Assembly (NCBI GenBank): GCA_002773755.1
Contig: PFAG01000014.1
Location: forward strand, 6,634 to 70,633
Direction of reading: 5' to 3'
Length of the DNA stretch: 64,000 nt
Source: Candidatus Colwellbacteria bacterium CG10_big_fil_rev_8_21_14_0_10_41_28
GTDB taxonomy: Bacteria > Patescibacteriota > Minisyncoccia > UBA6257 > Colwellbacteraceae
In this document: positions 9,892 to 19,678 of the stretch, piece by piece
Numbering within the stretch: the stretch's first letter is position 1
Layout of the letters: each line of letters opens with the position of its first letter
Notes under the pieces: generated by a model
The model's database searches: none
Told to the model about the DNA's origin: nothing
What the model saw: only the letters and a program-made list of their open reading frames with translations
Position numbers and translations under genes: made by a program

Positions 9892-11082
9892 ATGGCAGAA
9901 AAGTTTAATAGAGAAAAACCACACGTTAACGTTGGTACCATTGGTCATGTAGACCACGGTAAAACAACTTTGACTGCAGCCATCACACATGTCCTTGCAA
10001 AGAAAGGATTGGCCAAGGAGTCTCTCGTAGACGCAATCGACAAAGCTCCTGAAGAGAGAGCTAGAGGAATTACTATTGCTCTAGCACACATGGAGTATGA
10101 GTCAGAAAAGCGCCACTACGCACACATTGATGCTCCTGGTCACGCTGACTACATTAAAAACATGATTACTGGTGCCGCCCAGATGGACGGTGCAATTCTT
10201 GTTGTATCAGCAGCGGATGGACCTATGCCACAGACAAGAGAACACATTATTCTCGCCCGTCAGATTGGAGTTCCATCAATAATCGTATTCCTTAACAAGA
10301 CTGATCAGGTTGATGATCCTGAGCTTATTGATCTAGTTGAGGCAGAAGTCAGAGAGCTTCTAAGCAAATACGAATACCCGGGTGATGATGTCCCTGTAGT
10401 TAGAGGTTCAGCTCTTAAGGCTTTGGAATCAGAATCAATAGATAGTGAAGAGGCTAAGCCAATCTTAGATCTCATCAACTACATGGATGAATACATTCCA
10501 GAACCAGTCAGAGAGACTGATAAGCCATTCCTTATGCCCGTCGAAGACGTATTTACTATCGAGGGTAGGGGAACCGTTGTTACCGGTAGAATTGAAAGAG
10601 GTAGAGTTAAGGTCGGCGAGGAAATTGAGATCGTCGGAATTAAAGATACCCAGAAAACAACTGTTACTGGTGTAGAAATGTTCAACAAACAGCTAGACGA
10701 AGGTATCGCAGGAGATAACGTCGGTGTTCTTCTACGTGGTCTTAAGAAAGAAGACGTAGAGCGCGGACAAGTTCTTGCAGCCTCCGGGTCTGTTACTCCT
10801 CACACCGAATTCGAGGCAGAAGTATATCTTCTATCCAAGGAGGAAGGTGGTAGGCACACTCCAGTATTTCCTGGATATAAGCCACAGTTCTACATCAGAA
10901 CAACTGACGTAACAGGTGAAGTTACCTTGCCAGAAGGCACAGAGATGTCTATGCCAGGTGACACCGTAAACTTTAGTGTAAAGCTAATCCAGCCGATTGC
11001 TCTTGAAGAGAAGCAGAGGTTTGCTATCCGTGAGGGTGGTAAGACTGTAGGAGCTGGTGTTGTAACTAAGGTAATCAAATAA
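9892..11082 (+). CDS. tuf: Elongation factor Tu
   Basis: [43 protein letters not shown]. Confidence 0.99.
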   Translation: MAEKFNREKPHVNVGTIGHVDHGKTTLTAAITHVLAKKGLAKESLVDAIDKAPEERARGITIALAHMEYESEKRHYAHIDAPGHADYIKNMITGAAQMDGAILVVSAADGPMPQTREHIILARQIGVPSIIVFLNKTDQVDDPELIDLVEAEVRELLSKYEYPGDDVPVVRGSALKALESESIDSEEAKPILDLINYMDEYIPEPVRETDKPFLMPVEDVFTIEGRGTVVTGRIERGRVKVGEEIEIVGIKDTQKTTVTGVEMFNKQLDEGIAGDNVGVLLRGLKKEDVERGQVLAASGSVTPHTEFEAEVYLLSKEEGGRHTPVFPGYKPQFYIRTTDVTGEVTLPEGTEMSMPGDTVNFSVKLIQPIALEEKQRFAIREGGKTVGAGVVTKVIK

Positions 11083-11092
11083 CTTCAAAGCA

Positions 11093-11422
11093 ATGGCCAA
11101 AAACGATGAAAACCAGAACAAGTTGAGACTAAGAGTAAAATCTTACGATCATCGTTTGCTTGATAAGTCCTGCGCACAAATCATTGAGGTTCTTGAACGC
11201 CAGAATGTTAAGGCAGTGGGTCCAATCCCACTTCCAACAGGATTCAAACGATATACTGTTAATCGTTCAACCTTTGTTCACAAAGATGCACGAGAGCAGT
11301 TCGAACTTCGTGTTCATAAGCGTTTGATAGACATTCTTAAGCCATCACCAAAGATCATTGAATCTTTGAGTGACTTGAACCTCCCAGCAGGAGTAGAAGT
11401 TGAAATAAAAACAGCCGGCTAA
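11093..11422 (+). CDS. rpsJ: 30S ribosomal protein uS10
   Basis: LRVKSYDHRLLD, GPIPLPT, REQFELRVHKRLID. Confidence 0.98.
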   Translation: MAKNDENQNKLRLRVKSYDHRLLDKSCAQIIEVLERQNVKAVGPIPLPTGFKRYTVNRSTFVHKDAREQFELRVHKRLIDILKPSPKIIESLSDLNLPAGVEVEIKTAG

Positions 11423-11440
11423 CTCTGGTCGACTGTAGAT

Positions 11441-11479
11441 GCACAAAGCCTCGCCTTTTACGGCGGGGCTTTGTGTTTC
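11441..11479 (+). terminator. terminator after rpsJ
   Basis: GCACAAAGCCTCGCC / GGCGGGGCTTTGTGT. Confidence 0.85.
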
Positions 11480-11600
11480 TGCTCAACTTGAAGCCCAATT
11501 CTAGGGATGGGTAGAGCATCCTATAACTTCCAGTTTTGATGAATTGGAGATAGTCACAATTAATTAGGGTTTATGTCAATAAAACAGAGTAGGGAAGTAT

Positions 11601-11681
11601 TGGACAATACAATCGACCTATTGTAATATAAGCATCGCCTGTATTTAGGCGGTTTTACTTATTAAGGCCAGGTAAATGGCC
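11601..11681 (+). promoter_or_regulatory. rplC-operon promoter and two-hairpin leader
   Basis: TGGACA, 17 nt, TAATAT; hairpins CGCCT/AGGCG (11636-11651) and GGCCA/TGGCC (11666-11681). Confidence 0.55.
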
Positions 11682-11689
11682 CGTTTAAT

Positions 11690-12112
11690 ATGACCCAATT
11701 AGAAGGTAAAAAAATAAAGATGGGACAGATTTTCCATGAGGAAAATGTTGTTCCAGTAACCTTTGTAAAGCTTGCAGAAAAGCCTGATTTTGATATCGAG
11801 ATTGGAGCTAAGGTAAAAGTATCTGGTCTAAGTAAAGGAAGAGGTTTTCAGGGTGTAGTTAAGAGATATAACTTCAGGGGTTCTCCTAAGTCACATGGAA
11901 CTAAACACACCTTAAGGACTGGTGGATCAATTGGAGCCACTGGCCCACAAAGAGTGCTTCCTGGACAGAAAATGCCCGGCAGGATGGGAAACACAAAAGT
12001 TAATCTTAAGAATCTTGAGATTGCAGGATACGAGAAGGATCAAGGCCTTCTACTTATAAAAGGAGCTCTTCCTGGGGCTAAAGGATCAAAGGTAAGTATA
12101 TTCATTAAATAA
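11690..12112 (+). CDS. rplC: 50S ribosomal protein uL3, internally shortened (140 aa)
   Basis: GKKIKMGQIF..VPVT, SKGRGFQGVVKRYNF, KMPGRMG, LIKGALPG. Confidence 0.96.
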   Translation: MTQLEGKKIKMGQIFHEENVVPVTFVKLAEKPDFDIEIGAKVKVSGLSKGRGFQGVVKRYNFRGSPKSHGTKHTLRTGGSIGATGPQRVLPGQKMPGRMGNTKVNLKNLEIAGYEKDQGLLLIKGALPGAKGSKVSIFIK

Positions 12113-12114
12113 TC

Positions 12115-12747
12115 ATGAAAGCCGATCTATACAACATAAAAGGAGATAAGGCTGGCTCAGTAGAGTTAGTTGAGCGTATCTTCGCTGAGCGTTGGAGTCC
12201 GAACCTCGTTCATATGGCCCTAAGAACCCAGGAGACAAATAAGAGAGAGAATTTTGCTCATACTAAGGATAGAAGTGCTGTCAGCGGTGGAGGAAGAAAA
12301 CCTTGGAGACAGAAGGGTACTGGTAGGGCTCGTCATGGATCAACCAGATCTCCAATCTGGGTAGGAGGAGGAGTAACTCACGGACCTCTTTCTGATAAGA
12401 AGTATTCTCTAAAGATAAACAAGAAAGCTAGACAAAAAGCCTTCTTCTCAATTCTTGCAAGAAGATTTAAGGACGGGGAGATTAAGATAGTTGAAAAAGT
12501 TTCTATAGATGAGCCAAAAACAAGACTCTTACTGGAAGCGTTAGAGATTTTTTCAAAGGATCTTAATGTACTGGTAATCGTTTCGGGAGAGCATAAGGAT
12601 GTTCATGCTGCTAGCAGAAACCTTAATAGGGTGAAGATAATGGATGCTAGGGGCTTGAATGTATATGATCTTTTGAGATATAAGACGATCTTGATCGAAA
12701 AAGATGCCGTAGACGAAATTAATACTCACTACAATGCAATCAAGTGA
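12115..12747 (+). CDS. rplD: 50S ribosomal protein uL4
   Basis: KPWRQKGTGRARHGS. Confidence 0.98.
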   Translation: MKADLYNIKGDKAGSVELVERIFAERWSPNLVHMALRTQETNKRENFAHTKDRSAVSGGGRKPWRQKGTGRARHGSTRSPIWVGGGVTHGPLSDKKYSLKINKKARQKAFFSILARRFKDGEIKIVEKVSIDEPKTRLLLEALEIFSKDLNVLVIVSGEHKDVHAASRNLNRVKIMDARGLNVYDLLRYKTILIEKDAVDEINTHYNAIK

Positions 12748-12988
12748 TCTTATAATTAAAAACCCTTTCATCAGCGAAAAGGCCACTGATCTCGCAGGCC
12801 TTAACAAGTACGTCTTTGAGGTACACAAGGATGCTAATAAAAAGCAGGTTGAGGAGGTTATTGAAGGAATCTACAAAGTAGATGTTGTTAAGGTGAATAT
12901 CATTAGAAATCGAAACAGAAAGGATTCATTCAAGAAAGCAATTGTAACCCTTAAGGATGGGCAAACCATTGATGTAGTCCCACACTAA
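12734..12988 (+). CDS. rplW: 50S ribosomal protein uL23
   Basis: P.ISEKA, YVFEV..DANK, KKAIVTL; synteny. Confidence 0.96.
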   Translation: MQSSDLIIKNPFISEKATDLAGLNKYVFEVHKDANKKQVEEVIEGIYKVDVVKVNIIRNRNRKDSFKKAIVTLKDGQTIDVVPH

Positions 12989-12990
12989 AC

Positions 12991-13833
12991 ATGAAAAAGT
13001 ATAAACCATATACAGCTAGTAGAAGGCATATGTCCGTAGTGGAATACGGCTCTTTAAGTAAGGATAAGCCAATGAAGTCTGCTCTTAAGAAAATCCACAA
13101 GAAAGCTGGACGAAATAATCTTGGACGAATAACAACCAGACATAAAGGAGGTGGAGTTAAAAGACGATACAGAGATATAGACTTTAAACGTGATAAACAT
13201 GGTGTTGAGGGGAGAATTGAAGGCTTAGAATACGATCCATACAGAAGTGCTTTTATAATGAAAGTTGTATACCTAGATGGTGAAAGGAGATATCATCTTG
13301 CGCACGCTGGAGCTAAAGTTGCTGAAAAGATAGTTTCTGGGCCAGAAGCTCCGCTAAAAGAAGGAAACAGGATGCCCCTATTAAAAGTTCCAGTTGGATA
13401 TGAAATTCATGATCTAGAGCTAAAACCGGGTGGAGGTGGAAAGATAATTAGAAGCGCAGGAAGTTCAGCTCAAGTATTGAGTCATGATGGTAAATATAGT
13501 CAAATTAAGTTACCCTCAACCGAGGTTAGAAAAGTTATATCAACCAGCTATGGTACAGTTGGCCAGGTTTCAAATCCAGACCATGGTCTAACGGTAATCG
13601 GAAAAGCTGGTAGAAAGCGTAAGATGGGCGTAAGGCCAACAGTTAGAGGAACTGCTATGAACGCAGTAGACCACCCATTTGGAGGTGGTGAGGGTCGTCA
13701 GCCAATGGGTCGAAAGAGACCTAAAGATGTATACGGCAATGTAATTAAGGGGCCAAAGACAAGAAAGAAGAAAAAGTGGTCCACAAAACTAATTGTTAAG
13801 CGTCGCGCCAAGAGAAAAAGAGGTAAGAAATAA
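12991..13833 (+). CDS. rplB: 50S ribosomal protein uL2
   Basis: [34 protein letters not shown]. Confidence 0.99.
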   Translation: MKKYKPYTASRRHMSVVEYGSLSKDKPMKSALKKIHKKAGRNNLGRITTRHKGGGVKRRYRDIDFKRDKHGVEGRIEGLEYDPYRSAFIMKVVYLDGERRYHLAHAGAKVAEKIVSGPEAPLKEGNRMPLLKVPVGYEIHDLELKPGGGGKIIRSAGSSAQVLSHDGKYSQIKLPSTEVRKVISTSYGTVGQVSNPDHGLTVIGKAGRKRKMGVRPTVRGTAMNAVDHPFGGGEGRQPMGRKRPKDVYGNVIKGPKTRKKKKWSTKLIVKRRAKRKRGKK

Positions 13834-13835
13834 AT

Positions 13836-14123
13836 ATGAGTAGAAGTGCAAAAAAAGGTCCATTCGTGGATGAAAAGTTAATGAAGAAGATCGAGAAGGG
13901 TACGCCCGACGGAAAGACGGTTATTAAAACATGGGCACGTGCATCTTCAATCTCACCCGAGATGGTTGGATACAAACTTGGCGTACACAATGGAAGAGAA
14001 TTCATAGAAGTTTTGATATCGGAAGATATGGTTGGACATAAAGTTGGAGAATTTGCTCCAACTAGAAAATTTGCTAGACATGGTGGAAAGATTCAGAAAG
14101 AGATTGAAAAACAAGCTGCTTAA
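13836..14123 (+). CDS. rpsS: 30S ribosomal protein uS19
   Basis: [24 protein letters not shown]. Confidence 0.98.
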   Translation: MSRSAKKGPFVDEKLMKKIEKGTPDGKTVIKTWARASSISPEMVGYKLGVHNGREFIEVLISEDMVGHKVGEFAPTRKFARHGGKIQKEIEKQAA

Positions 14124-14132
14124 TAAGTAAAC

Positions 14133-14675
14133 ATGGCAAAAGCAACAACACAATTAAAAGAGGAGAGATCAGCAAGGGCATCTTTGCGTAATCTGAACGT
14201 ATCTCCTAGAAAAACCAGACTAGTGGTTGATTTGGTACGTGGATTAAGTGTCCCTGAAGCTATTGTTCAACTCCAAGTAATTAATAAGAGGGCTTCTGAG
14301 CCGGTTGAGAAGCTAATAAGATCTGCTGTTGCGAATGCCAGAGAAATGGGCCTTAACCAAGGGAAATTAATGATTGACCACATCTCTGTAGACAAAGGGA
14401 GGTCATTAAGGAGAGCAAGATTCCATGGTCGAGGTAGGGTGGGTATTATCCAAAAAGAACAATCTCACATAAATCTTGTTATTAAGGAGTCAGACAAAGT
14501 TAAAGAGGTAGATTTTGTGCTCCCAGTTAAAGAGAAGAAGGTTATCTCTTCAGCTCCGGCTCCAGTCAAAGATGACAATAAGCCAAAATCAGAGAAGGAT
14601 GATACAGAGAAGAAGATCAAGAAGAACAAAGATAAAGGTTTTGTAGATAAATTCTTTAGAAGAAAAGCTATCTAA
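14133..14675 (+). CDS. rplV: 50S ribosomal protein uL22 with charged C-terminal extension
   Basis: SPRKTRLVVDLVRG, SAVANA, SHINLVI. Confidence 0.96.
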   Translation: MAKATTQLKEERSARASLRNLNVSPRKTRLVVDLVRGLSVPEAIVQLQVINKRASEPVEKLIRSAVANAREMGLNQGKLMIDHISVDKGRSLRRARFHGRGRVGIIQKEQSHINLVIKESDKVKEVDFVLPVKEKKVISSAPAPVKDDNKPKSEKDDTEKKIKKNKDKGFVDKFFRRKAI

Positions 14676-14676
14676 T

Positions 14677-15333
14677 ATGTCTAAGAAAGTAAATCCAATT
14701 TCATACAGATTAGGGATAAACAAAAACTGGTTGTCCCGATGGATGCCTCCAAAAGGAGAGTTTGGTAAGTATCTTAAAGAAGACCAAGCTATAAGGGAGG
14801 TTATTAAAGAGCGCCTCGTTAGAGCTGGCGTGGCTAATGTGCAGATAGAAAGAACTCCAGATAGCTACAAGATAACCATCAAGGCAGCTAGACCAGGTAT
14901 CATAATTGGTCGTGGTGGAAAGGGGATAGAAGATTTAATCAAAGATATCCAGAAGGCTATTAAATCAAAGCCTCAGATCAATCTTAATGTTGAAGAGGTA
15001 AGAAGAACTGAGGTATCAGCTCCAGTGATGGCTAAAAACATCGCTTGGGATCTTGAGAGAAGGATGAGATATAGAAGGGTGCTCAAGAGACATCTTGATA
15101 TTGCTATGCAAAACAGAGAGATACAAGGAGCTAAGATCATGCTCGCAGGAAGATTAAACGGTGCTGAGATTGCAAGAAAAGAGCACCTTATGAAGGGAAA
15201 ACTTCCTTTAACAACCATCAGGGCCAATATCGATTATGGAGAGACAACTGCTGCAACCACATACGGATCAATCGGTATAAAGGTGTGGCTATACAAAGGT
15301 CAGATATTCGACGATAAAGAAAAAATAGTTTAA
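14677..15333 (+). CDS. rpsC: 30S ribosomal protein uS3
   Basis: KVNPISYRLG, RPGIIIGRGG, GRLNGAEIAR. Confidence 0.98.
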   Translation: MSKKVNPISYRLGINKNWLSRWMPPKGEFGKYLKEDQAIREVIKERLVRAGVANVQIERTPDSYKITIKAARPGIIIGRGGKGIEDLIKDIQKAIKSKPQINLNVEEVRRTEVSAPVMAKNIAWDLERRMRYRRVLKRHLDIAMQNREIQGAKIMLAGRLNGAEIARKEHLMKGKLPLTTIRANIDYGETTAATTYGSIGIKVWLYKGQIFDDKEKIV

Positions 15334-15338
15334 CTACC

Positions 15339-15755
15339 ATGCTTTTAATGCCTAAAAAAGTAAAACACAGAAAGTGGCACAAGGGCCGCTCTCGAAAGCG
15401 TGAGGTTGAAACAAGAGGAACAGACCTTAGCTACGGTGATTTTGGTGTTAAATCTCTTGGATCAGCTTGGTTAAATTCTCGTCAGATAGAAGCCGGCAGA
15501 AGATCAATAACAAACCATCTTAAGCGTGAGGGTCGTGTTTGGATCAGAGTGTTTCCAGATAAACCAATAACAAGGAAGGCCGCCGAAGTAGGTATGGGTA
15601 AAGGAAAAGGATCAGTAGATCATTATGTTTTTCCAGTTAAACCAGGAAGGATAATCTATGAAGTTGGTGGTGTTCCTGAGGATAAGGCAAAAGAGGCCCT
15701 TAGAAAGGCTGGTCACAAGTTGCCGTTTAAGACAAGATTTGTTACAAAAGATTAG
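15339..15755 (+). CDS. rplP: 50S ribosomal protein uL16
   Basis: [22 protein letters not shown]. Confidence 0.98.
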   Translation: MLLMPKKVKHRKWHKGRSRKREVETRGTDLSYGDFGVKSLGSAWLNSRQIEAGRRSITNHLKREGRVWIRVFPDKPITRKAAEVGMGKGKGSVDHYVFPVKPGRIIYEVGGVPEDKAKEALRKAGHKLPFKTRFVTKD

Positions 15756-15763
15756 TTTCGATC

Positions 15764-15976
15764 ATGAAAAAGACAGATGTCAAAAAATTAGCAAAGAAAA
15801 CTACAGCAGATCTCAAGAAGGATCTACTTAGTTCACAATCAGAACTTCGTCAGCTTCGATCAGACTTAGCTATGGGTAAAGTAAAGAATGCTGATAAAGC
15901 TAAAGAGGTTAGAAAAAAGATAGCTAGAATTATGACTTTCATGAATCAACAAAAGGAAATATCGAAAAATGGATAA
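15764..15976 (+). CDS. rpmC: 50S ribosomal protein uL29
   Basis: [10 protein letters not shown]; synteny. Confidence 0.93.
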   Translation: MKKTDVKKLAKKTTADLKKDLLSSQSELRQLRSDLAMGKVKNADKAKEVRKKIARIMTFMNQQKEISKNG

Positions 15977-16271
15977 GGAAAAGATAACAAGAAAACTGAA
16001 GGGTATTATTAAGTCTGACAAGATGGATAAAACTGTTGTTGTTACAGTAACCACCAGAAAGAAGCACCCTAAATATCATAAATACTTTAGCTCATCAAAG
16101 AATTTCAAAGCTCATGATGAGAACAACCAATACAAAGAGGGTGATAGTGTTGTAATAGCCGAAACGAGACCCCTATCAAAAGAAAAGAGATGGGAGGTTA
16201 TTGAAATGATTAAAGAGAGTGCTCAAGAGACACCAGAAGAAGAAACACCAGAAGAAGAAACAGAATCATGA
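15969..16271 (+). CDS. rpsQ: 30S ribosomal protein uS17 with acidic tail
   Basis: [25 protein letters not shown]. Confidence 0.97.
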   Translation: MDKEKITRKLKGIIKSDKMDKTVVVTVTTRKKHPKYHKYFSSSKNFKAHDENNQYKEGDSVVIAETRPLSKEKRWEVIEMIKESAQETPEEETPEEETES

Positions 16272-16639
16272 TACAAGAAGGAAGTTTATTAAAAATTGCA
16301 GATAACTCAGGCGCCAAACTAGTGCGTTGTTTCAGAGTTCTTGGGGGGAGCAGAAGAAGATATGCAAGAATAGGCGATCTTATAGTTGTTTCAGTAAGAA
16401 GTGCAGAGCCAAGAAAACAGATTAAGAAGAAGGATATTGTTACAGCAGTTGTGGTTAGAGTAAAAGCCCCAACCAGAAGGAAAGATGGCACATACATCAG
16501 ATTTGATGAGAATGCAGCTGTTATTATCGATAAAGAGAAAAAGGAGCCAAAGGGAACAAGAATCTTCGGTCCAATTCCAAGAGAGATTAAAGACAAGGGT
16601 TTTACAAAAATAGCCTCAATGGCTCAAGAAGTTGTATAA
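16268..16639 (+). CDS. rplN: 50S ribosomal protein uL14
   Basis: [22 protein letters not shown]. Confidence 0.99.
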   Translation: MIQEGSLLKIADNSGAKLVRCFRVLGGSRRRYARIGDLIVVSVRSAEPRKQIKKKDIVTAVVVRVKAPTRRKDGTYIRFDENAAVIIDKEKKEPKGTRIFGPIPREIKDKGFTKIASMAQEVV

Positions 16640-16643
16640 ATCT

Positions 16644-16955
16644 ATGAAAATGAAAGTCAAAAAAGGAGATAAGGTTCAGATGCTTTCCGGAAAGGATAGA
16701 GGTAAGGCTGGCAAGATTATTAAAGTATTCCCTAAAGAAGGTAGGGTTGTTGTTGAAGATCTCAATTTAATCAAAAAGACTGTTAGGCCCAAGAAGCAAG
16801 GAGAGAAGGGGCAGATCGTTTCAATTCCATCAGCAGTTAGAATAGATAACGTTGGTTTCGTTTGTCCTAAGTGTAGTAAGCCAACCAGACTAGGAAACAA
16901 AACAGACGGAAAAGTAAAAGAAAGATATTGTAAAAAATGCAAGGCAACCGTTTAG
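16644..16955 (+). CDS. rplX: 50S ribosomal protein uL24 (Zn-finger type; start 16644 or 16650)
   Basis: KKGDKV..GKDRGK KOW motif; CPKC...CKKC. Confidence 0.96.
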   Translation: MKMKVKKGDKVQMLSGKDRGKAGKIIKVFPKEGRVVVEDLNLIKKTVRPKKQGEKGQIVSIPSAVRIDNVGFVCPKCSKPTRLGNKTDGKVKERYCKKCKATV

Positions 16956-17443
16956 AAAAAATTGTAGTAGCAACAGGGGTTGGAAGATTGCGTCAGCAAC
17001 AGCAATTTGATTCTTCAATATACCCTGAAATAATCGAGGGTCTTGAGACAATAACTGGTCAAAAACCCTCACCAAGACCAGCTCGTAAATCTATCGCTGC
17101 CTTCAAACTTAGAGAGGGAAATATTGTAGGACTTAAGGTAACCCTAAGAGGAAAAAGAATGCGAGACTTCTTTAATAAGGTTGTTAACGTGGCTTTGCCG
17201 CGTGTTAGAGACTTTAGGGGTATAGATCCTAAGCAAATCGATAGAGAAGGGAATTTGACAATAGGCTTCAGAGACAATACCGTTTTCCCAGAGGTTTCAC
17301 CCGAAGATACCAAAAGAGCTTTCGGTTTCCAAGTAACCCTAGTTTCAGATGCGAAGGATTGGGACGAGGCCTACGACTTCTATAAGAGTCTAGGAGTTCC
17401 ACTCCAAGAGAAACCAGAGAAGGCTACTAAGAAGAAAAAATAG
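16937..17443 (+). CDS. rplE: 50S ribosomal protein uL5, N-terminally shortened
   Basis: [27 protein letters not shown]. Confidence 0.97.
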   Translation: MQGNRLEKIVVATGVGRLRQQQQFDSSIYPEIIEGLETITGQKPSPRPARKSIAAFKLREGNIVGLKVTLRGKRMRDFFNKVVNVALPRVRDFRGIDPKQIDREGNLTIGFRDNTVFPEVSPEDTKRAFGFQVTLVSDAKDWDEAYDFYKSLGVPLQEKPEKATKKKK

Positions 17444-17445
17444 AT

Positions 17446-17631
17446 ATGGCAAGGAAAGCATTAATCATAAAATCGAATAAGAAGCCAAAATTCTCCAGCA
17501 GAATAGTTAGAAGGTGTTTTAAGTGTGGCAGGAGAAGGGGCTATATGAGAGATTTTGATCTTTGCAGAATCTGTTTCAGAGAGCTTGCTAGCAAAGGAGA
17601 GATCCCTGGAGTAAAGAAAGCATCTTGGTAA
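17446..17631 (+). CDS. rpsN: 30S ribosomal protein uS14 (type Z)
   Basis: CFKCGR...[16 protein letters not shown]. Confidence 0.98.
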   Translation: MARKALIIKSNKKPKFSSRIVRRCFKCGRRRGYMRDFDLCRICFRELASKGEIPGVKKASW

Positions 17632-17632
17632 T

Positions 17633-18022
17633 ATGTATCACGACACACTAACAAGAATTAAAAACAGTTTAGCTAGAGGCCAGAGAAGGCTTAAGGTTCC
17701 ATACACAAGGTTTGATATGGATGTATTAGAGACTCTAGTTAAGGCGGGATACATTGAATCAGTTGAGAGAAAGGGAAGGGGGCTTAAAAGGGTTATAGAT
17801 ATCAAGCTTAAATACAATGACAAAAATTCTAAAGAGCCTTCAATCCTTGGAGTTAAGTTTATTAGTAAGCCATCAAGAAGGATGTATGTAGGATATGATG
17901 ATATTAAGAAATCCCACGATGGTTATGGACACTTCATCGTTAGCACTCCAAAAGGAGTCATGAATGGATATGAGGCTAGGAAGAATAAAGTGGGCGGACA
18001 AATATTATTTGAAATTTGGTAA
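17633..18022 (+). CDS. rpsH: 30S ribosomal protein uS8
   Basis: DTLTRIKN, ISKPSRRMY, STPKGVM. Confidence 0.97.
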   Translation: MYHDTLTRIKNSLARGQRRLKVPYTRFDMDVLETLVKAGYIESVERKGRGLKRVIDIKLKYNDKNSKEPSILGVKFISKPSRRMYVGYDDIKKSHDGYGHFIVSTPKGVMNGYEARKNKVGGQILFEIW

Positions 18023-18024
18023 TC

Positions 18025-18570
18025 ATGAGTAAGATAGGAAAAAAACCAATCGATATTCCAGAGGGAGTTGAGATAAAGATAGAGAAAGACAAGGTCCAGA
18101 TAAAGGGGCCTAATGCTACATTAGAGGTTCCTACTCTTATAGGAATAGAAATAAAGGAGGAAGATAATCAGATTATCTTCACTCCAAGGAATTCAACAAA
18201 GCAAACAGTTAGTAACTGGGGGACCTTAAGAGCCTTAGTTCAGAATGCCGTAGATGGTTCTAAGCAGGACTTTAGTAAAAAACTATTAATCGAAGGAGTT
18301 GGATATAGGGCTACTATGGAGGGGAAAAACCTCTTACTTAATCTTGGTTTTTCACATCCAATTAAGTTTGAGTCACCAGAGAACGTAAAAGTTGAGGTAG
18401 ATGGGAATGCAATAACAATTTCTGGACCAGAGAAGGCCTTAGTTGGTGAGGTGGCAGCAAACATTAGAAAGTTCCGCAAGCCTGAACCATATAAAGGAAA
18501 GGGTATCAGATATGAAGGAGAGATTGTTCGCAGAAAGGCTGGTAAGAAAGCTGTAGGATCAGGATCATAA
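18025..18570 (+). CDS. rplF: 50S ribosomal protein uL6
   Basis: MSKIGKKPI, GVGYRA, PEPYKGKGIRY. Confidence 0.98.
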   Translation: MSKIGKKPIDIPEGVEIKIEKDKVQIKGPNATLEVPTLIGIEIKEEDNQIIFTPRNSTKQTVSNWGTLRALVQNAVDGSKQDFSKKLLIEGVGYRATMEGKNLLLNLGFSHPIKFESPENVKVEVDGNAITISGPEKALVGEVAANIRKFRKPEPYKGKGIRYEGEIVRRKAGKKAVGSGS

Positions 18571-18574
18571 AAAC

Positions 18575-18922
18575 ATGAATAGAGAACAGAAAAAAACACA
18601 ATTGAATAGATTCCTTAGGTCAAGAAGGACCAGAGCCAAAGTCATGGGCACTAAAGAGCGTCCAAGAATCTCTGTATATAAGAGCAATAGGTCTTTAGAG
18701 GTTCAATTAATTGATGACACGGAAGGGAAGACTTTAGTTCATGTTAAAAATGATGATAGCGGGACAAAGTCAGAGCAGGCCACCAAAGTTGGTCAGGAGC
18801 TAGCCAAAAAAGCTCTTGATGCTGGTGTAAAGAAGGCAATTTTCGACAAGAGAAGCTATAAATATCACGGTAGAGTAAAGGCTGTAGCCGAGGCAGCAAG
18901 AGAAGCAGGATTAGATTTCTAA
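18575..18922 (+). CDS. rplR: 50S ribosomal protein uL18
   Basis: RPRISVYKSN, FDKRSYKYHGRVKAVAEAAREAGL. Confidence 0.98.
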   Translation: MNREQKKTQLNRFLRSRRTRAKVMGTKERPRISVYKSNRSLEVQLIDDTEGKTLVHVKNDDSGTKSEQATKVGQELAKKALDAGVKKAIFDKRSYKYHGRVKAVAEAAREAGLDF

Positions 18923-18923
18923 T

Positions 18924-19403
18924 ATGGTATATAAACCCCAAAAAAAATCAGATAGAAGAGAAAAGAAAGCTGTTAGTGAGTTTACAGAACAGGTTATTGA
19001 TCTTAGGCGTGTAACTCGTGTTATGGCTGGAGGTAAAAGATTTCGTTTCAGAGCAACGATAGTTCTTGGCGATCAGAAGGGAAGGGTTGGCGTTGGCATA
19101 GGAAAGGGTGTTGATGTTGAAGGAGCAATTAGCAAAGCAAAGACACAGGCCAAAAATGATATGATCAGGGTCCAAATTAAGGATGAAACAATTGCGCACA
19201 AGGTAGAGGCTAAATATTCAGCTGCCAAGGTGTTAGTTAAACCAGCTACTCAAGGACATGGTCTTTTAGCAGGAGGTTCTCCTCGAGTTGTGTTGAGACT
19301 TGCAGGTGTTCAGAATGCAACAGCAAAGTGTTTGAGTAATACAACAAATAAGTTAACCAATGCTCTTGCGACCATAGAGGCATTAAAGAAATTAAAAGCT
19401 TAA
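18924..19403 (+). CDS. rpsE: 30S ribosomal protein uS5
   Basis: RVTRVMAGGKRFRF, GRVGVGIGKG. Confidence 0.98.
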   Translation: MVYKPQKKSDRREKKAVSEFTEQVIDLRRVTRVMAGGKRFRFRATIVLGDQKGRVGVGIGKGVDVEGAISKAKTQAKNDMIRVQIKDETIAHKVEAKYSAAKVLVKPATQGHGLLAGGSPRVVLRLAGVQNATAKCLSNTTNKLTNALATIEALKKLKA

Positions 19404-19405
19404 TC

Positions 19406-19678
19406 ATGCAGTTACACGAACTTAATCCTGAACATAAGAATAAGACCAAGAAGAGAATTGGCAGAGGCGGAAAAAGAGGAACTTATTCTGGTAGAGGAAT
19501 GAAGGGACAGAACGCCAGAGCAGGAAGGAAGCTTAGACCAGCAATAAGGGATCTAATTCAGCAATTACCTAAACTTCGTGGTTCAAAGAACTTCGGACCT
19601 AGGCATAAAAAGAAAAAGAGGGTAAGCTCAGATAGTAGTCCAAAACAGGAGAAATCAGAGCAAAAGGATGTTCAATAA
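19406..19678 (+). CDS. rplO: 50S ribosomal protein uL15, C-terminally truncated (90 aa)
   Basis: MQLHEL.P, KRIGRGGKRGTYSGRGMKGQNARAG, LPKLRG. Confidence 0.93.
   Translation: MQLHELNPEHKNKTKKRIGRGGKRGTYSGRGMKGQNARAGRKLRPAIRDLIQQLPKLRGSKNFGPRHKKKKRVSSDSSPKQEKSEQKDVQ

Noticed and set aside
16229..16262. Tandem ACACCAGAAGAAGAA repeat
   Set aside because: In-frame low-complexity tail of uS17; not a CRISPR or phase-variation tract
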